From the sequence record PV037725.1: 64,000 bases of DNA. One strand, written 5' to 3'. The first letter of the stretch is position 1. The number at the start of each line of letters is the position of its first letter. The translations under genes and the position numbers were made by a program. Positions 18,991 through 28,818 of this stretch are shown one piece after another. The notes below the pieces were generated by a model. That model was not told the origin of the DNA. It searched no databases and saw nothing but the letters and a program-made list of their open reading frames with translations.

Positions 18991-19602
18991 ATGACTATCC
19001 TAGCTGACTGGCAGATCAGAGATCTGTGCACCGGTGAAACACCAATGATTCACCCGTTCTACCCAAACAAAATGCGTTACCTTGCACAAGACGCTAACGA
19101 TGACCTGGCACCATTCATTCGTGTACCATCGTTTGGTCTGTCGAGTTACGGTTACGACATCGGGTTGTCGGATGTAGGTCTGAAGTTGTTCACTGACGTA
19201 AACTGTGGTGAAGTAGATCCACGCAATATTGATCCGGGTATCTACATTGAACCTAAGATCAAGTTTGCCGACGATGGTGCGCCATACGTACACCTACCAC
19301 CGAATGGCTTCCTTCTGGGCCACACCCCTGAATGGTTCGATATGCCTAACAACGTGTTGGGTAACTGCCTAGGTAAGTCTACCTACGCTCGTGGTGCTGT
19401 ATCCGTAATTGTTACACCGTTGGAGCCGGGTTGGAAAGGTAATCTGGTTGTTGAAGTAGTAAACAACTGTAACCTCCCAGTACGGATCTATCTGAACTGC
19501 GGTATTGCTCAAGTACTGTTCCTTCAAGGGGAACCGTGCGAGTCACCTTACGGTGATGGGAAGTACCAGGGACAACGTGGTACGCAAGACGCTTTGGCAT
19601 AA
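18991..19602 (+). CDS. dcd: dCTP deaminase
   Basis: SSYGYDI, GKSTYARG, TPLEPGW.G.LVVE, IAQVLF, KYQGQ. Confidence 0.93.
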   Translation: MTILADWQIRDLCTGETPMIHPFYPNKMRYLAQDANDDLAPFIRVPSFGLSSYGYDIGLSDVGLKLFTDVNCGEVDPRNIDPGIYIEPKIKFADDGAPYVHLPPNGFLLGHTPEWFDMPNNVLGNCLGKSTYARGAVSVIVTPLEPGWKGNLVVEVVNNCNLPVRIYLNCGIAQVLFLQGEPCESPYGDGKYQGQRGTQDALA

Positions 19603-19608
19603 CCGATT

Positions 19609-19635
19609 GGAGGTTCTTCGGAGCCTCCCTTTATT
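19609..19635 (+). terminator. intrinsic terminator
   Basis: GGAGGTTC-TTCG-GAGCCTCC-CTTTATT. Confidence 0.8.
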
Positions 19636-19658
19636 CCGTATTTTATTTGGAGTTACTT

Positions 19659-20216
19659 ATGGACTTTTTCGTTACCGATCCTAAAGGTGTTTACATTCTC
19701 AACCACGATGGCCCAATTCGAGTTGATCATCATGAAAATAGTTTGTACATACTAAACAACTACCACAAATCTGAGTACACTCAAAGCCTGATTGATATCA
19801 CTTTGGTAAGTAGTGGAAACGAAAGTGAAGTTGAGCACCGCCTGGAAGAGCTAACTAAGTTAAAACGTTTTGACTTTTTACTAGTTAAGAATTACCCAGA
19901 GACCAGTCGTATAAACTCAATGGGTTCGTTGGGGTCTCAGGATCACTATACACGGGCATCTAGAATCGCCCTGGCCTATGTGAAAGACGCTAAGGTCGAT
20001 CACCCGGATACCTTTAGATCGTTCACCATCGCTGACGATGATACACGTAAAGTATTGGCTCGCTTACCAAAGATTACCCCAGAAGTAATGGATGCATTGG
20101 TAACAGCCGGCGTTATACGTAGTTGGGAATACTACGAATATCCATGGGTGAATAACTTTACATTCACACAACCCAAAGGTAGTCCTGCGCCTGCGGACTT
20201 GAGGACTTACGCATAA
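19659..20216 (+). CDS. hypothetical protein
   Basis: GGAG RBS; coupled to ligase paralog. Confidence 0.75.
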   Translation: MDFFVTDPKGVYILNHDGPIRVDHHENSLYILNNYHKSEYTQSLIDITLVSSGNESEVEHRLEELTKLKRFDFLLVKNYPETSRINSMGSLGSQDHYTRASRIALAYVKDAKVDHPDTFRSFTIADDDTRKVLARLPKITPEVMDALVTAGVIRSWEYYEYPWVNNFTFTQPKGSPAPADLRTYA

Positions 20217-21160
20217 TGAACGATCACGAGGCTAGACACTGTGTCAGTATCCGAGCTGTAAAGGAAATCCAAAAGCTTCGTGATGAGATTCATTTTCATG
20301 AGCTAGCTCGAGATATCTTTAAGAGTGGTGAGTTTGACGAAGTAGCTTATCAAGAAGCACAAGCAGCTTTGTATCGGTTGTCAGAACGCTTTGGTCGTGA
20401 GGCATTGATCACCACTAAGGCTAGGCCCATCGCTGAACAGATAAAATCGTTTGGCGCTGTGGCTAAACATGACTTCCCGGTGCTAGATTACAAACCTGCA
20501 CGCACATTGATGCATATCCGTAATTGGTTAGGTATGGTTGATAGTGACTATACCGACAGCATTGATATTGTCATGACACCTTACTTTAATGGGTGCCGTG
20601 TCGAACTAGTGTATCAGGGTGGATCACTTCATAAAGCCATCACTAAGGGTGGTGGTTTGACTGGTACTGACTTCACCATGAACGCCTACCTGATCGAGGG
20701 TATTCCACAGCAGATCAATGAAACTGAACGTGTAAGTATTCGTGGAGTTATTACCTCTACACTTAAAAACACTAAGGGTGTGGATGAGAAGAGATTCATC
20801 GCTGCAAATCTGATCTCAAATGAACCCACTAACATTTATTTGAATCATCTCGTATTCGTGCCAGATGACTGGCATATTCCTGGTACAACATTCAACTCAA
20901 CAGATCTCAGATCTATATCACTAGCTTGGAATATCGAACCGGGGTACGCAATGACTTTCCCCGGTCAGTATAAAGAGCTTGGGTATCTTGAAGAGAAGAT
21001 TGCTGAATTCAGACATGCCGCTAAATGTAAGATTCCCTTCACGGGGATTTTGTTTACAGTTAACACTCTCGCTAGGAAGATGGAGCTTGGCTATACGTCA
21101 GTTCATCCCGAGTGGGCAATTTTGTTAGAAGAGGAACAATCCAATGGCGTCAGCACTTGA
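20216..21160 (+). CDS. LigA adenylation-domain paralog, catalytically degenerate
   Basis: collinear with LigA N-terminal half; KxDG replaced by YFNG, TRGDG by TKGGG, RGE by RGV, DGIV.K by TGILFT; ends before the OB fold. Confidence 0.8.
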   Translation: MNDHEARHCVSIRAVKEIQKLRDEIHFHELARDIFKSGEFDEVAYQEAQAALYRLSERFGREALITTKARPIAEQIKSFGAVAKHDFPVLDYKPARTLMHIRNWLGMVDSDYTDSIDIVMTPYFNGCRVELVYQGGSLHKAITKGGGLTGTDFTMNAYLIEGIPQQINETERVSIRGVITSTLKNTKGVDEKRFIAANLISNEPTNIYLNHLVFVPDDWHIPGTTFNSTDLRSISLAWNIEPGYAMTFPGQYKELGYLEEKIAEFRHAAKCKIPFTGILFTVNTLARKMELGYTSVHPEWAILLEEEQSNGVST

Positions 21161-23231
21161 ATACGCTGAATTAGTAAAACGGATTCGACACTACAACTAC
21201 TTCTATTACGTGTTGGACATCACACTGGTACCGGACTCTGTCTATGATCAGTTGTTCAAGGCGTTGAAGTTAATGGAGGAAATAAACCCGGAGTGGGTAT
21301 CCAAGAACTCTCCAACTCAAACAGTCGGTCATCTTGCGTATGAGTCGCACTTTGAGTTGGTGAAGCGTGCCATACCAATGCTCAGCCTAGACAACGTGTT
21401 TACTCCAGATGAAGCGGTTGATTGGGGCACCGATGTTCATGGTGACATCCTCGACTCCAAGACCGATGAATCCGCTGAGATCGTAACTGAGTGGAAGATG
21501 GACGGCCTCAGTCTGGACGTAGATTACACGTACGACACGATGAATATTGCTACAACACGGGGCGATGGCACTACCGGTGAGAACGTTACGCCTAATGCCA
21601 TGATGGTTGAAGGTATCCCACGTGTACTGAAAACACCACGTCATGGCGGGGTGTCCATTCGGGGTGAAGTCGTTGTACGGTTGGCCGACTACAACCAAAT
21701 AAATGCAGAGCTGGAAGCAGCTGGTAAGAAAACCTTCGCCAACCCACGTAACTATGCTGCGGGCAGTTTGCGGCAAAAAGACCCACGTATTACACGTGAG
21801 CGCAAGTTGGTGTTTGTAGCCTACAGCATCGAACGTGCTTTTGGTGATCCTGAAGCTGATTGGTATAAAGACCAAGAGTGGTTGAAAGAGAATGGCTTCT
21901 TTACGGCGGATACTGGTAAACGTCTGAATCACTCCAGACCGGGCATGACTACAGGCGTACCTAAATTACTTGAAGAATGCCAGGCTGAGCGACCTAACTA
22001 TCCATTCGAAGTGGATGGTATTGTGTTCAAGGTCGTAAAGCATGCGCACCGTGAGAAGCTGGGGTTCACTAGCCGATTCCCAAGATGGGCTCGGGCTTAT
22101 AAGTTCCCTGCCTCTAAAGGTGAGACTCGTTTACTAAGTGTTGACCGTCAAGTAGGTCGGACAGGTAAGCTGACTCCGATGGCGCGTATTGAGCCAGTAC
22201 ATGTTCACGGTACCACTATCTCTAACGTGACTATCCATAACCTGAAGGAACTGGATCAACACCAGTTGTTTGAAGGTTGCTATGTGGAGATCTCTCGTGC
22301 GGGTGACGTAATCCCTTATCTGGAACGACGTATTACGGACAACCCAGGCTTGCCTGTTTATGGTGAGGTCGAATGCTGCCCTACCTGTAATACAAAAGTA
22401 GTGGTGATAGTCGGTAAGAAAACCAAAGACAATCCTGAAGGGTCACGTACTGAGTACTGTCCTAACTCGAAATGTCCTGGTCGTCAGATTGCCCACCTTA
22501 AGTATTGCACTCACCGCGATGTGTTGAACATTAAGGGTCTGGGTGATGAAACCGTAGTTAAGCTGCATGAACAGGGCGTGGTGGACGTAACTCGACCATT
22601 GAGTTTACTGCTACTCAAGCCAGAAGACTTCCTGAAGATTGGTGAGTCTGATCGAATGGCAGAGAAGCTGGGAACCGCTGTAACGATTGCTAAGCTTACT
22701 TTGGACTTACCTCGAGTCGTTACAGCCTTGGGTATTTCTGGCGCGGCAGATGGTACAGCAGAGCGCTTGTCGCGGGTCATCAGATCACTCGAAGAGATCT
22801 CTAAAGCCAGTATCGATCAGATGCGTGCAATCCCTGATATCGGTCCAGTTACTGCGGAAAGTATCTTCGAGTTCTTTGATGAAGATAACCGTAAGCCTGA
22901 TGCTGAGTCTGCATGGAAACCTTTTGTGGGTGAACAACACCTTAAGGCTCCTGAGCCATTGAGTGGGTTATTCCAACACGGCACTACTTTTGTCGTCACC
23001 GGTAGTAAGTTCGGTGGTAAGGCCCGTAAGGACTTGGAGAAATGGTTTAAGCAAAATGGTGCAACCGTATCGAGTACCGTAACTAAATCGACCACCACGT
23101 TGTACTGCGGTACCAAATACACTGCACACAAACTTGAGACGGCTAAGCAACTGGGTATCCCCTACGTCATCTATAACGAAGACGGAATTGCTGAAACCAA
23201 TATCGAAAATTCAATTGACTTAAATTTCTGA
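21144..23231 (+). CDS. ligA: NAD-dependent DNA ligase
   Basis: KMDG, TRGDG, RGE, NPRNYAAGSLRQ, DGIVFK, RWARAYKF, OB fold, C4 zinc finger, HhH, BRCT. Confidence 0.97.
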   Translation: MASALEYAELVKRIRHYNYFYYVLDITLVPDSVYDQLFKALKLMEEINPEWVSKNSPTQTVGHLAYESHFELVKRAIPMLSLDNVFTPDEAVDWGTDVHGDILDSKTDESAEIVTEWKMDGLSLDVDYTYDTMNIATTRGDGTTGENVTPNAMMVEGIPRVLKTPRHGGVSIRGEVVVRLADYNQINAELEAAGKKTFANPRNYAAGSLRQKDPRITRERKLVFVAYSIERAFGDPEADWYKDQEWLKENGFFTADTGKRLNHSRPGMTTGVPKLLEECQAERPNYPFEVDGIVFKVVKHAHREKLGFTSRFPRWARAYKFPASKGETRLLSVDRQVGRTGKLTPMARIEPVHVHGTTISNVTIHNLKELDQHQLFEGCYVEISRAGDVIPYLERRITDNPGLPVYGEVECCPTCNTKVVVIVGKKTKDNPEGSRTEYCPNSKCPGRQIAHLKYCTHRDVLNIKGLGDETVVKLHEQGVVDVTRPLSLLLLKPEDFLKIGESDRMAEKLGTAVTIAKLTLDLPRVVTALGISGAADGTAERLSRVIRSLEEISKASIDQMRAIPDIGPVTAESIFEFFDEDNRKPDAESAWKPFVGEQHLKAPEPLSGLFQHGTTFVVTGSKFGGKARKDLEKWFKQNGATVSSTVTKSTTTLYCGTKYTAHKLETAKQLGIPYVIYNEDGIAETNIENSIDLNF

Positions 23232-23239
23232 GGTGCGCT

Positions 23240-24406
23240 ATGGGTTGGTTTAAAGATCTTTTCTTTGGTAAACCGCAAAATGGTATTGGCGGCGATGAAC
23301 CAAAAGTGAAAAATAAGGTGTCTACGACCGATGAACTTTACGAACACCTGATCCGGGATTTCAAGGAGTACCCTAGTCTAATCGCAGATCTTGAGGTAGA
23401 CCACCATTGCCCTGATACTGGGCGTTTAATATCGAAGAAACTTTACCTTAAGTTAGTAGATGGTGTGATATGTCCATTTACCATAGATCTAAATTACACT
23501 ACCTTTTGGAACCATAGGTCATTTTCTCGGGAGAACATGTTAACGCTCATTGCTGACGATTATAGTAATTATCATCGCACTGTGACCCTTAATCTCGATT
23601 TCCGAATCAAGTGGATCACACCAAGTTCAATCACTAGGGTAACTGAAGCCTTAACCACTAACGCGATCGCCAGTGCGGTACCGTACACAGCACGCCAGGT
23701 TTTTGACGGTTTCTACGCTAGCGAGAAGTGGGGTAATGATAGTGTTCGGTATTATGTTAAAAATATGGAGGGTGGCAATAACGATTACGTTACCCGTGAC
23801 TTACCATATTGGTTTACCGATCTGGCGTTGAGTCTAGGAACCATTAAACTGGCTGAAGACCCTAATAAATACGTCGTCACTGATCCACTTCAGGTTGATC
23901 GCAAGCTCCTTCCTAATACGTATTGGCGGCGCTGGGTAAATGTGACCAAGGCAGTGAATAATTCCAAGGCTGCGGTTAAATATGTCCCACGTGACTCAGG
24001 TCGTGGTTACGTTCAGTACTTCGATGTAGCCTTTATATTCGATGATCCTGAAACGGCAGGTATGGCCTTCGATGCAGGTGAGTTACTCGGTTATGCAATC
24101 ACACAGTTGAAAAAGCAGCTCGACGTAACGATCCCAGATAAGCCTACGCATTACCACGAAGGTACTGCTATTTCGTACGGTAATATCAAGTCGAATATCT
24201 ACATCAACCCAGACCACATCAAAGTTAGCTGGCAAGATAAAGAGGTCTCATTGCAAGATTGGCTTGACCTACAACGTGAATCAGAGACAAATTTGGAGAG
24301 ACCTTATTTCTCACCCAATCTACCGGTAACAAGCATCCACGGGAATAAATTCTCGATCGATGCGGACTATTACATCAACCATACCCCATGGACACCACCG
24401 AAATGA
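23240..24406 (+). CDS. hypothetical protein, paralog of 24403-25428
   Basis: shared C-terminal domain PNT..RW...T..V.N. Confidence 0.8.
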   Translation: MGWFKDLFFGKPQNGIGGDEPKVKNKVSTTDELYEHLIRDFKEYPSLIADLEVDHHCPDTGRLISKKLYLKLVDGVICPFTIDLNYTTFWNHRSFSRENMLTLIADDYSNYHRTVTLNLDFRIKWITPSSITRVTEALTTNAIASAVPYTARQVFDGFYASEKWGNDSVRYYVKNMEGGNNDYVTRDLPYWFTDLALSLGTIKLAEDPNKYVVTDPLQVDRKLLPNTYWRRWVNVTKAVNNSKAAVKYVPRDSGRGYVQYFDVAFIFDDPETAGMAFDAGELLGYAITQLKKQLDVTIPDKPTHYHEGTAISYGNIKSNIYINPDHIKVSWQDKEVSLQDWLDLQRESETNLERPYFSPNLPVTSIHGNKFSIDADYYINHTPWTPPK

Positions 24407-25428
24407 CTATCCGTAATTACCTGAAACAAAAGTGGCAAGAAAGCTTTGTTGAACCCGCTGTTTTCGCAGCTGTTGCAAAGATGTTGCGCGATGGAATCCC
24501 AATCGTAAAGGTTCGCTACCGTAGTCATCCAGAACCACGTTACTATACAGGTACTGGTCTACCTTACGGTAACGGTAGTGGGAAACGCGCACGCTGGATG
24601 ATGGAAGTAACCCACTTTGAAGAGCTTCATGATGGTATCAGCGAACTTGCACCTAAGATCCTACCGTGGATGGATGCTACGGAATTGGATCTTCTAGTCA
24701 AGTGGGATAACAGTCACGTCTACATGATCGAGGCAGTTTTCGTTTCAGCTGTAACCCATGACGATCAACTGGATATCATCAAAGATATCGTTCGTCGATT
24801 GAAGCCAGGACAGGGCTACAACTACAGTGGCTCTGAGATCAAACAGGACTTCATTCAACCAGATGGCTACCTCGTACACACCGGTAACACTAAACGCTTA
24901 GTATCTGAAGAATATCTCAATACTGGCGTAGTTTTCCCACGTGATGCCTTCGGTAGTGACTTCAAGGTTAAGAACCTATTCATCGCGGATGAGAAGAAAA
25001 TCAAACGTCAGCATCGACCTAACACTGATCTTAAGCGTTGGACTGTGTTGACACATCTCGTTAGTAATGAAGATCCATGGGTTATCAAGTATACTCATGA
25101 TAACACCGCTGGTGCACCCGTGCATTACTACGGTTTGGCAATTGATATCGACTCTAAGTTGATGAAAGGCCATCCGTTCTATATCACTGAGTTAGTCGAA
25201 AGTGCTGCAAATGAAGTGTTTGCCAAACACGGTGCCGGTAACTACACCCTGAATACAGATCGCATCTTTATTCAGTGGGAAGGTCACAGTGACCGTCTTC
25301 CTAATTGGTTGGAACACGCTAAAAAGTTTGAGGGTTTTGTAGATACCGCCCCGGTGATCGTCTATAAGAAACTTGAATCACGTATTGCTCGGCGATACAA
25401 CGGTAAACTCGAAGTAACGGAGGCTTAA
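24403..25428 (+). CDS. hypothetical protein, paralog of 23240-24406
   Basis: ATGA coupling; shared C-terminal domain. Confidence 0.8.
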   Translation: MTIRNYLKQKWQESFVEPAVFAAVAKMLRDGIPIVKVRYRSHPEPRYYTGTGLPYGNGSGKRARWMMEVTHFEELHDGISELAPKILPWMDATELDLLVKWDNSHVYMIEAVFVSAVTHDDQLDIIKDIVRRLKPGQGYNYSGSEIKQDFIQPDGYLVHTGNTKRLVSEEYLNTGVVFPRDAFGSDFKVKNLFIADEKKIKRQHRPNTDLKRWTVLTHLVSNEDPWVIKYTHDNTAGAPVHYYGLAIDIDSKLMKGHPFYITELVESAANEVFAKHGAGNYTLNTDRIFIQWEGHSDRLPNWLEHAKKFEGFVDTAPVIVYKKLESRIARRYNGKLEVTEA

Positions 25429-25665
25429 ATGTCTGACCGCTTAATAAAGAAAGAAGCTAAGTTGTATCGTGACGTCCAATTGTTCTGCGAGTGGTTGCAA
25501 GACTTTCGTGGGGCACTATTGGAAACCCTGGAAGAGAACAACGATCCCCGTGTGATTGTACGACAGTTTAAAAATCGTATGATCAAGCGTGGTAATCGCA
25601 ACGTTCTGTTCCGACGGAGTAATCTGGCAAACTATGCCAAAGTTGCATTGGATCTCGATCTGTAA
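25429..25665 (+). CDS. hypothetical protein
   Basis: GGAGG RBS. Confidence 0.7.
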   Translation: MSDRLIKKEAKLYRDVQLFCEWLQDFRGALLETLEENNDPRVIVRQFKNRMIKRGNRNVLFRRSNLANYAKVALDLDL

Positions 25666-25671
25666 CCTAAT

Positions 25672-25690
25672 CCTGTAGTCCAACTACAGG
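25672..25690. other. intergenic hairpin without U-tract
   Basis: CCTGTAG-TCCAA-CTACAGG covering the RBS region of 25700. Confidence 0.45.
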
Positions 25691-25699
25691 TGACGTACA

Positions 25700-26107
25700 A
25701 TGACTTTCCATGTAACTGAAACAGTGGTTGATCTGAACTATCGGTTCAACCACTCGTATTACGAGCATGGTGACAATCTTACTAAGGTAGGTAATCTCAA
25801 TTGGGGGTTTACCGACGCTGACATTGTGGAGATCAAACTCTACGGTTGGCAGGAACGCGAGCAGAAGCTCAAGTTCTATAAAGAGCGTTGCTATGCACAA
25901 CCTGATCGATTGATCTTTACGATATTCGATGAGTACGAGAATTTAATACAGACAGAACTTCACGTAGTGTTGTCTGAGAAGCGAACGTATTGGCGAGAGA
26001 ACCGTGAGACTAGAGGTCGTACGTTTCCTAACTTCTCGTTGAAACTTAAGATCACTCAAGATCCGAATAAGAAAACTTATGCCTGGACTGGGGAGTATTG
26101 GGGATGA
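25700..26107 (+). CDS. hypothetical protein
   Basis: tiled ORF. Confidence 0.7.
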   Translation: MTFHVTETVVDLNYRFNHSYYEHGDNLTKVGNLNWGFTDADIVEIKLYGWQEREQKLKFYKERCYAQPDRLIFTIFDEYENLIQTELHVVLSEKRTYWRENRETRGRTFPNFSLKLKITQDPNKKTYAWTGEYWG

Positions 26108-26532
26108 AATCATCTACACGCATTACCATACCGATAGTCCACACAATCCATGGCTCTATTCGGGAATATCCTTTCACCCAACATGGTCAGGATCGGATGC
26201 AGGTCATTAAATGGATCACACCCATCGAGATTGAGTTTCCAGATGGTTGGGCGATATTTAAGTTGAAGATCGTACCTACATTGATTTCCTTTGAGGGTTA
26301 TAAGGAATTCAAGATCTGGGACCAATACATGTTGGCTAAACCCAAACTGATCGGGACTGTAAAGATTGACTGCGAAACAGAAACATATGAAGTCGAACTA
26401 GAACCGAAATACCGTTGTTATCGACTAAGTATGATCTTGTTGGCAGTCCATACTCCACAAGAACCTTTTTATACGAATGCCTTCCGTAACAATACGCCTT
26501 ACGGTGAATGGCGCTATAAGGATGTAATCTAA
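26104..26532 (+). CDS. hypothetical protein
   Basis: ATGA coupling; weak similarity to 25700. Confidence 0.7.
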   Translation: MKSSTRITIPIVHTIHGSIREYPFTQHGQDRMQVIKWITPIEIEFPDGWAIFKLKIVPTLISFEGYKEFKIWDQYMLAKPKLIGTVKIDCETETYEVELEPKYRCYRLSMILLAVHTPQEPFYTNAFRNNTPYGEWRYKDVI

Positions 26533-26765
26533 TGTGGAACGACCCATTGGTCACACCAAAGCCTGTGAAGAAACCACCGGCGGCAAAAGCTCCACCAGCT
26601 AAGAAACCCGCGAAGAAGAAACCAAAGCCACGTCCTAAATCAACTAATAAGTTGGAGAAAGACGTAGCTGCTTTAAAAGAACTAACCAGAGCCCAAGGTA
26701 TCACGATCGCCCGGCTGAACGAGATTGTTTCGTCAATCCAAATGGAAAAGATCAATCAAATTTAA
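26532..26765 (+). CDS. Lys/Pro-rich protein with C-terminal coiled coil
   Basis: KKPPAAKAPPAKKPAKKKPKPRPK tract. Confidence 0.7.
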   Translation: MWNDPLVTPKPVKKPPAAKAPPAKKPAKKKPKPRPKSTNKLEKDVAALKELTRAQGITIARLNEIVSSIQMEKINQI

Positions 26766-26773
26766 GGTGACTC

Positions 26774-27115
26774 ATGAAAAGCTTCATTGAACTACTGGAC
26801 AAGGTACTTGGACCAAGACGTAAGCCTAAGCATGTATGTGACGAGGAACTATACTCAAACGTCAATGGGTGTCTAGATCCTAACTGTCCAGTGAAACGTA
26901 CCCGTAAACCATTGCCTTCGGTTCCACCGCCTGGGCCACCACCAACCCCTAGTGAGCAGCTTGCCTTGAAAAAGAAAAGTCGCATTATTGAACTGGAACA
27001 GGAAGTTAAGGGACTAAAAGAACAGTTCACTGAACAGACTGAACTCCTAGAACGACTGGTTCGTGAACTCAGTACATTACGGCGCGATGTCGTCCATCTA
27101 CTCCCGGAGAAATAA
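26774..27115 (+). CDS. Pro-rich coiled-coil protein
   Basis: HVC...CLDPNCP, poly-Pro, heptad C-terminus. Confidence 0.7.
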   Translation: MKSFIELLDKVLGPRRKPKHVCDEELYSNVNGCLDPNCPVKRTRKPLPSVPPPGPPPTPSEQLALKKKSRIIELEQEVKGLKEQFTEQTELLERLVRELSTLRRDVVHLLPEK

Positions 27116-27116
27116 A

Positions 27117-27902
27117 ATGGCAGTTGCAGTAATTGATCACGCAGCACTCGTCCAATTTACGGATGACCTAGGCTTCCCTAAGTACACCAAAGTAAAGTTG
27201 GCTGTGGGTGGCATTGGCCATCAGTACTACGATAAGTTCATTCGTGATAACGTGAAGTTCGTCAGTCAGATCGATGTTGATCCAGATAAGCACGTCCGCA
27301 TTACCGAGTCGGCACAACTTACTGGTGAGATCCCTGAGCATTGGGGTCTGCGCCACCAACAGTATCTTGAAGGTACCGATGAGTGTAATTCATTTAAAGC
27401 GATGGGTACTGATGTTGATGGTGAGTGGATGGAGATCGGTACGCATGTTAACCGTAATGCCATTCGTATTGCAGTCGGTACCGCTGAACTCAAATACAAA
27501 GTTGAATACGCTTTGGATACGTCGGGTGCTGTGCTGAATAACAACCACCTGGCGATCGCGATATTTGATACTCCAGCTGATTCCAGTCTGAGCTACACCA
27601 CTGAGTTGGTTGTGGAATCGATTTGGACCACTAAGGTGGAGATGCTACCGAACGACGATGACACTTACGTACCACAGTTGTTCAAACGGGTTTACTACCA
27701 TGACCCAGTTAAAGAAGAGTCTTACCCATGGATCTACGTTGGTCGCTTGACCGATGAAGAATACGAGATCTGGCGTGAGCACAACATCAAACCAGCTGTT
27801 GAACAAAACTGGGCTAATGTTGACTTCCGTAGTATCACTGAACCAACACCTAAAGACTTGCTGAAGTCGTCTGGTTTGAATATCGCACACTTGGCTAGCT
27901 AA
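27117..27902 (+). CDS. hypothetical protein
   Basis: GGAG RBS; ends at terminator. Confidence 0.8.
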   Translation: MAVAVIDHAALVQFTDDLGFPKYTKVKLAVGGIGHQYYDKFIRDNVKFVSQIDVDPDKHVRITESAQLTGEIPEHWGLRHQQYLEGTDECNSFKAMGTDVDGEWMEIGTHVNRNAIRIAVGTAELKYKVEYALDTSGAVLNNNHLAIAIFDTPADSSLSYTTELVVESIWTTKVEMLPNDDDTYVPQLFKRVYYHDPVKEESYPWIYVGRLTDEEYEIWREHNIKPAVEQNWANVDFRSITEPTPKDLLKSSGLNIAHLAS

Positions 27903-27906
27903 TATA

Positions 27907-27934
27907 GTCCTCCCCACGGGGAGGGCTTTATGTC
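27907..27934 (+). terminator. intrinsic terminator
   Basis: GTCCTCCC-CACG-GGGAGGGC-TTTATGTC, near-identical to 52282. Confidence 0.85.
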
Positions 27935-27958
27935 AATTATTCACAAGAGGGTAACACC

Positions 27959-28201
27959 ATGTTTGATTGGTTTGACGATCTTAAACGACCGGGATTCTTT
28001 CGTCGTCTACTATCAGAATGGCGTGTTCGTCGGCTTCAGATAATCGTCGAAGAGCGGTTGAAATGTGTTAAGCGTGTTGCCGAACTTAACACCCTGGCTG
28101 CAACTAACCCAGGTATAGACTACACAGGTCAGATCGTAGCTTACTGTGATATGATCGTGTTCTATGAACGTAAACTAATCGCCGCAGGTATTGAAATATG
28201 A
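27959..28201 (+). CDS. hypothetical protein
   Basis: GAGGG RBS. Confidence 0.7.
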   Translation: MFDWFDDLKRPGFFRRLLSEWRVRRLQIIVEERLKCVKRVAELNTLAATNPGIDYTGQIVAYCDMIVFYERKLIAAGIEI

Positions 28202-28416
28202 CACAACTTAATACGCTCTTTTTCTGTGTGATTCTACCGCTATGGGTAGTCGCCGTAACCGTTAACCTTGGTACGCTTTATAAACGTAATCGTGCAAAAG
28301 GTGACTTTACTAAGTGGGGCCGTTATCATTTTATTCACAGCTTAAGTCAGGCAGCCACTATCGGTTTAGGTGTTGCACTTGGCTTCTTCGGTGCAGAAGT
28401 CGTTAGGCAGTGGTAA
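28198..28416 (+). CDS. small membrane protein
   Basis: two hydrophobic helices. Confidence 0.7.
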   Translation: MTQLNTLFFCVILPLWVVAVTVNLGTLYKRNRAKGDFTKWGRYHFIHSLSQAATIGLGVALGFFGAEVVRQW

Positions 28417-28437
28417 TCTACTAGAGGTCGCAATATA

Positions 28438-28788
28438 ATGATTAAACTACCGTGGGAACCTGGCCGTCAGGGTACCGGTTATGACAAACTGAAGATAGCC
28501 AATCATTGGAAGTTCTTCAGTCGGTTCAAGTGGGATATCTATCTACTAAGGTATCCGACTGGCTCAGGTATCCCTAAACACCGTGACCCTGTACCTAATC
28601 ACCAACACTATCGGCTTAACATCTATCTTTGGAATGCTAAGGCTGGCGGTGTACCTGAACACGATGCCGTGATCATCGGTAATCGTTTCTTTACGTTGTT
28701 CCGCCCAGACATTAATACACACAGCGTTAGTACCGTTACTGAGGGTACACGTTACGTATTGAGCTTTGGGTTATCGAAACGCAATTAA
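28438..28788 (+). CDS. 2OG-Fe(II) oxygenase
   Basis: LLRY, HRD (HxD), distal H in NTHSV, RYVLS. Confidence 0.85.
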   Translation: MIKLPWEPGRQGTGYDKLKIANHWKFFSRFKWDIYLLRYPTGSGIPKHRDPVPNHQHYRLNIYLWNAKAGGVPEHDAVIIGNRFFTLFRPDINTHSVSTVTEGTRYVLSFGLSKRN

Positions 28789-28818
28789 TAATCTCTTTCC
28801 ATCCGCGTGAGGTTTTCA

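Noticed and set aside
20216-23231. Split or frameshifted single ligase gene
   Set aside because: The downstream ORF is already a complete LigA; the upstream ORF duplicates its N-terminal half
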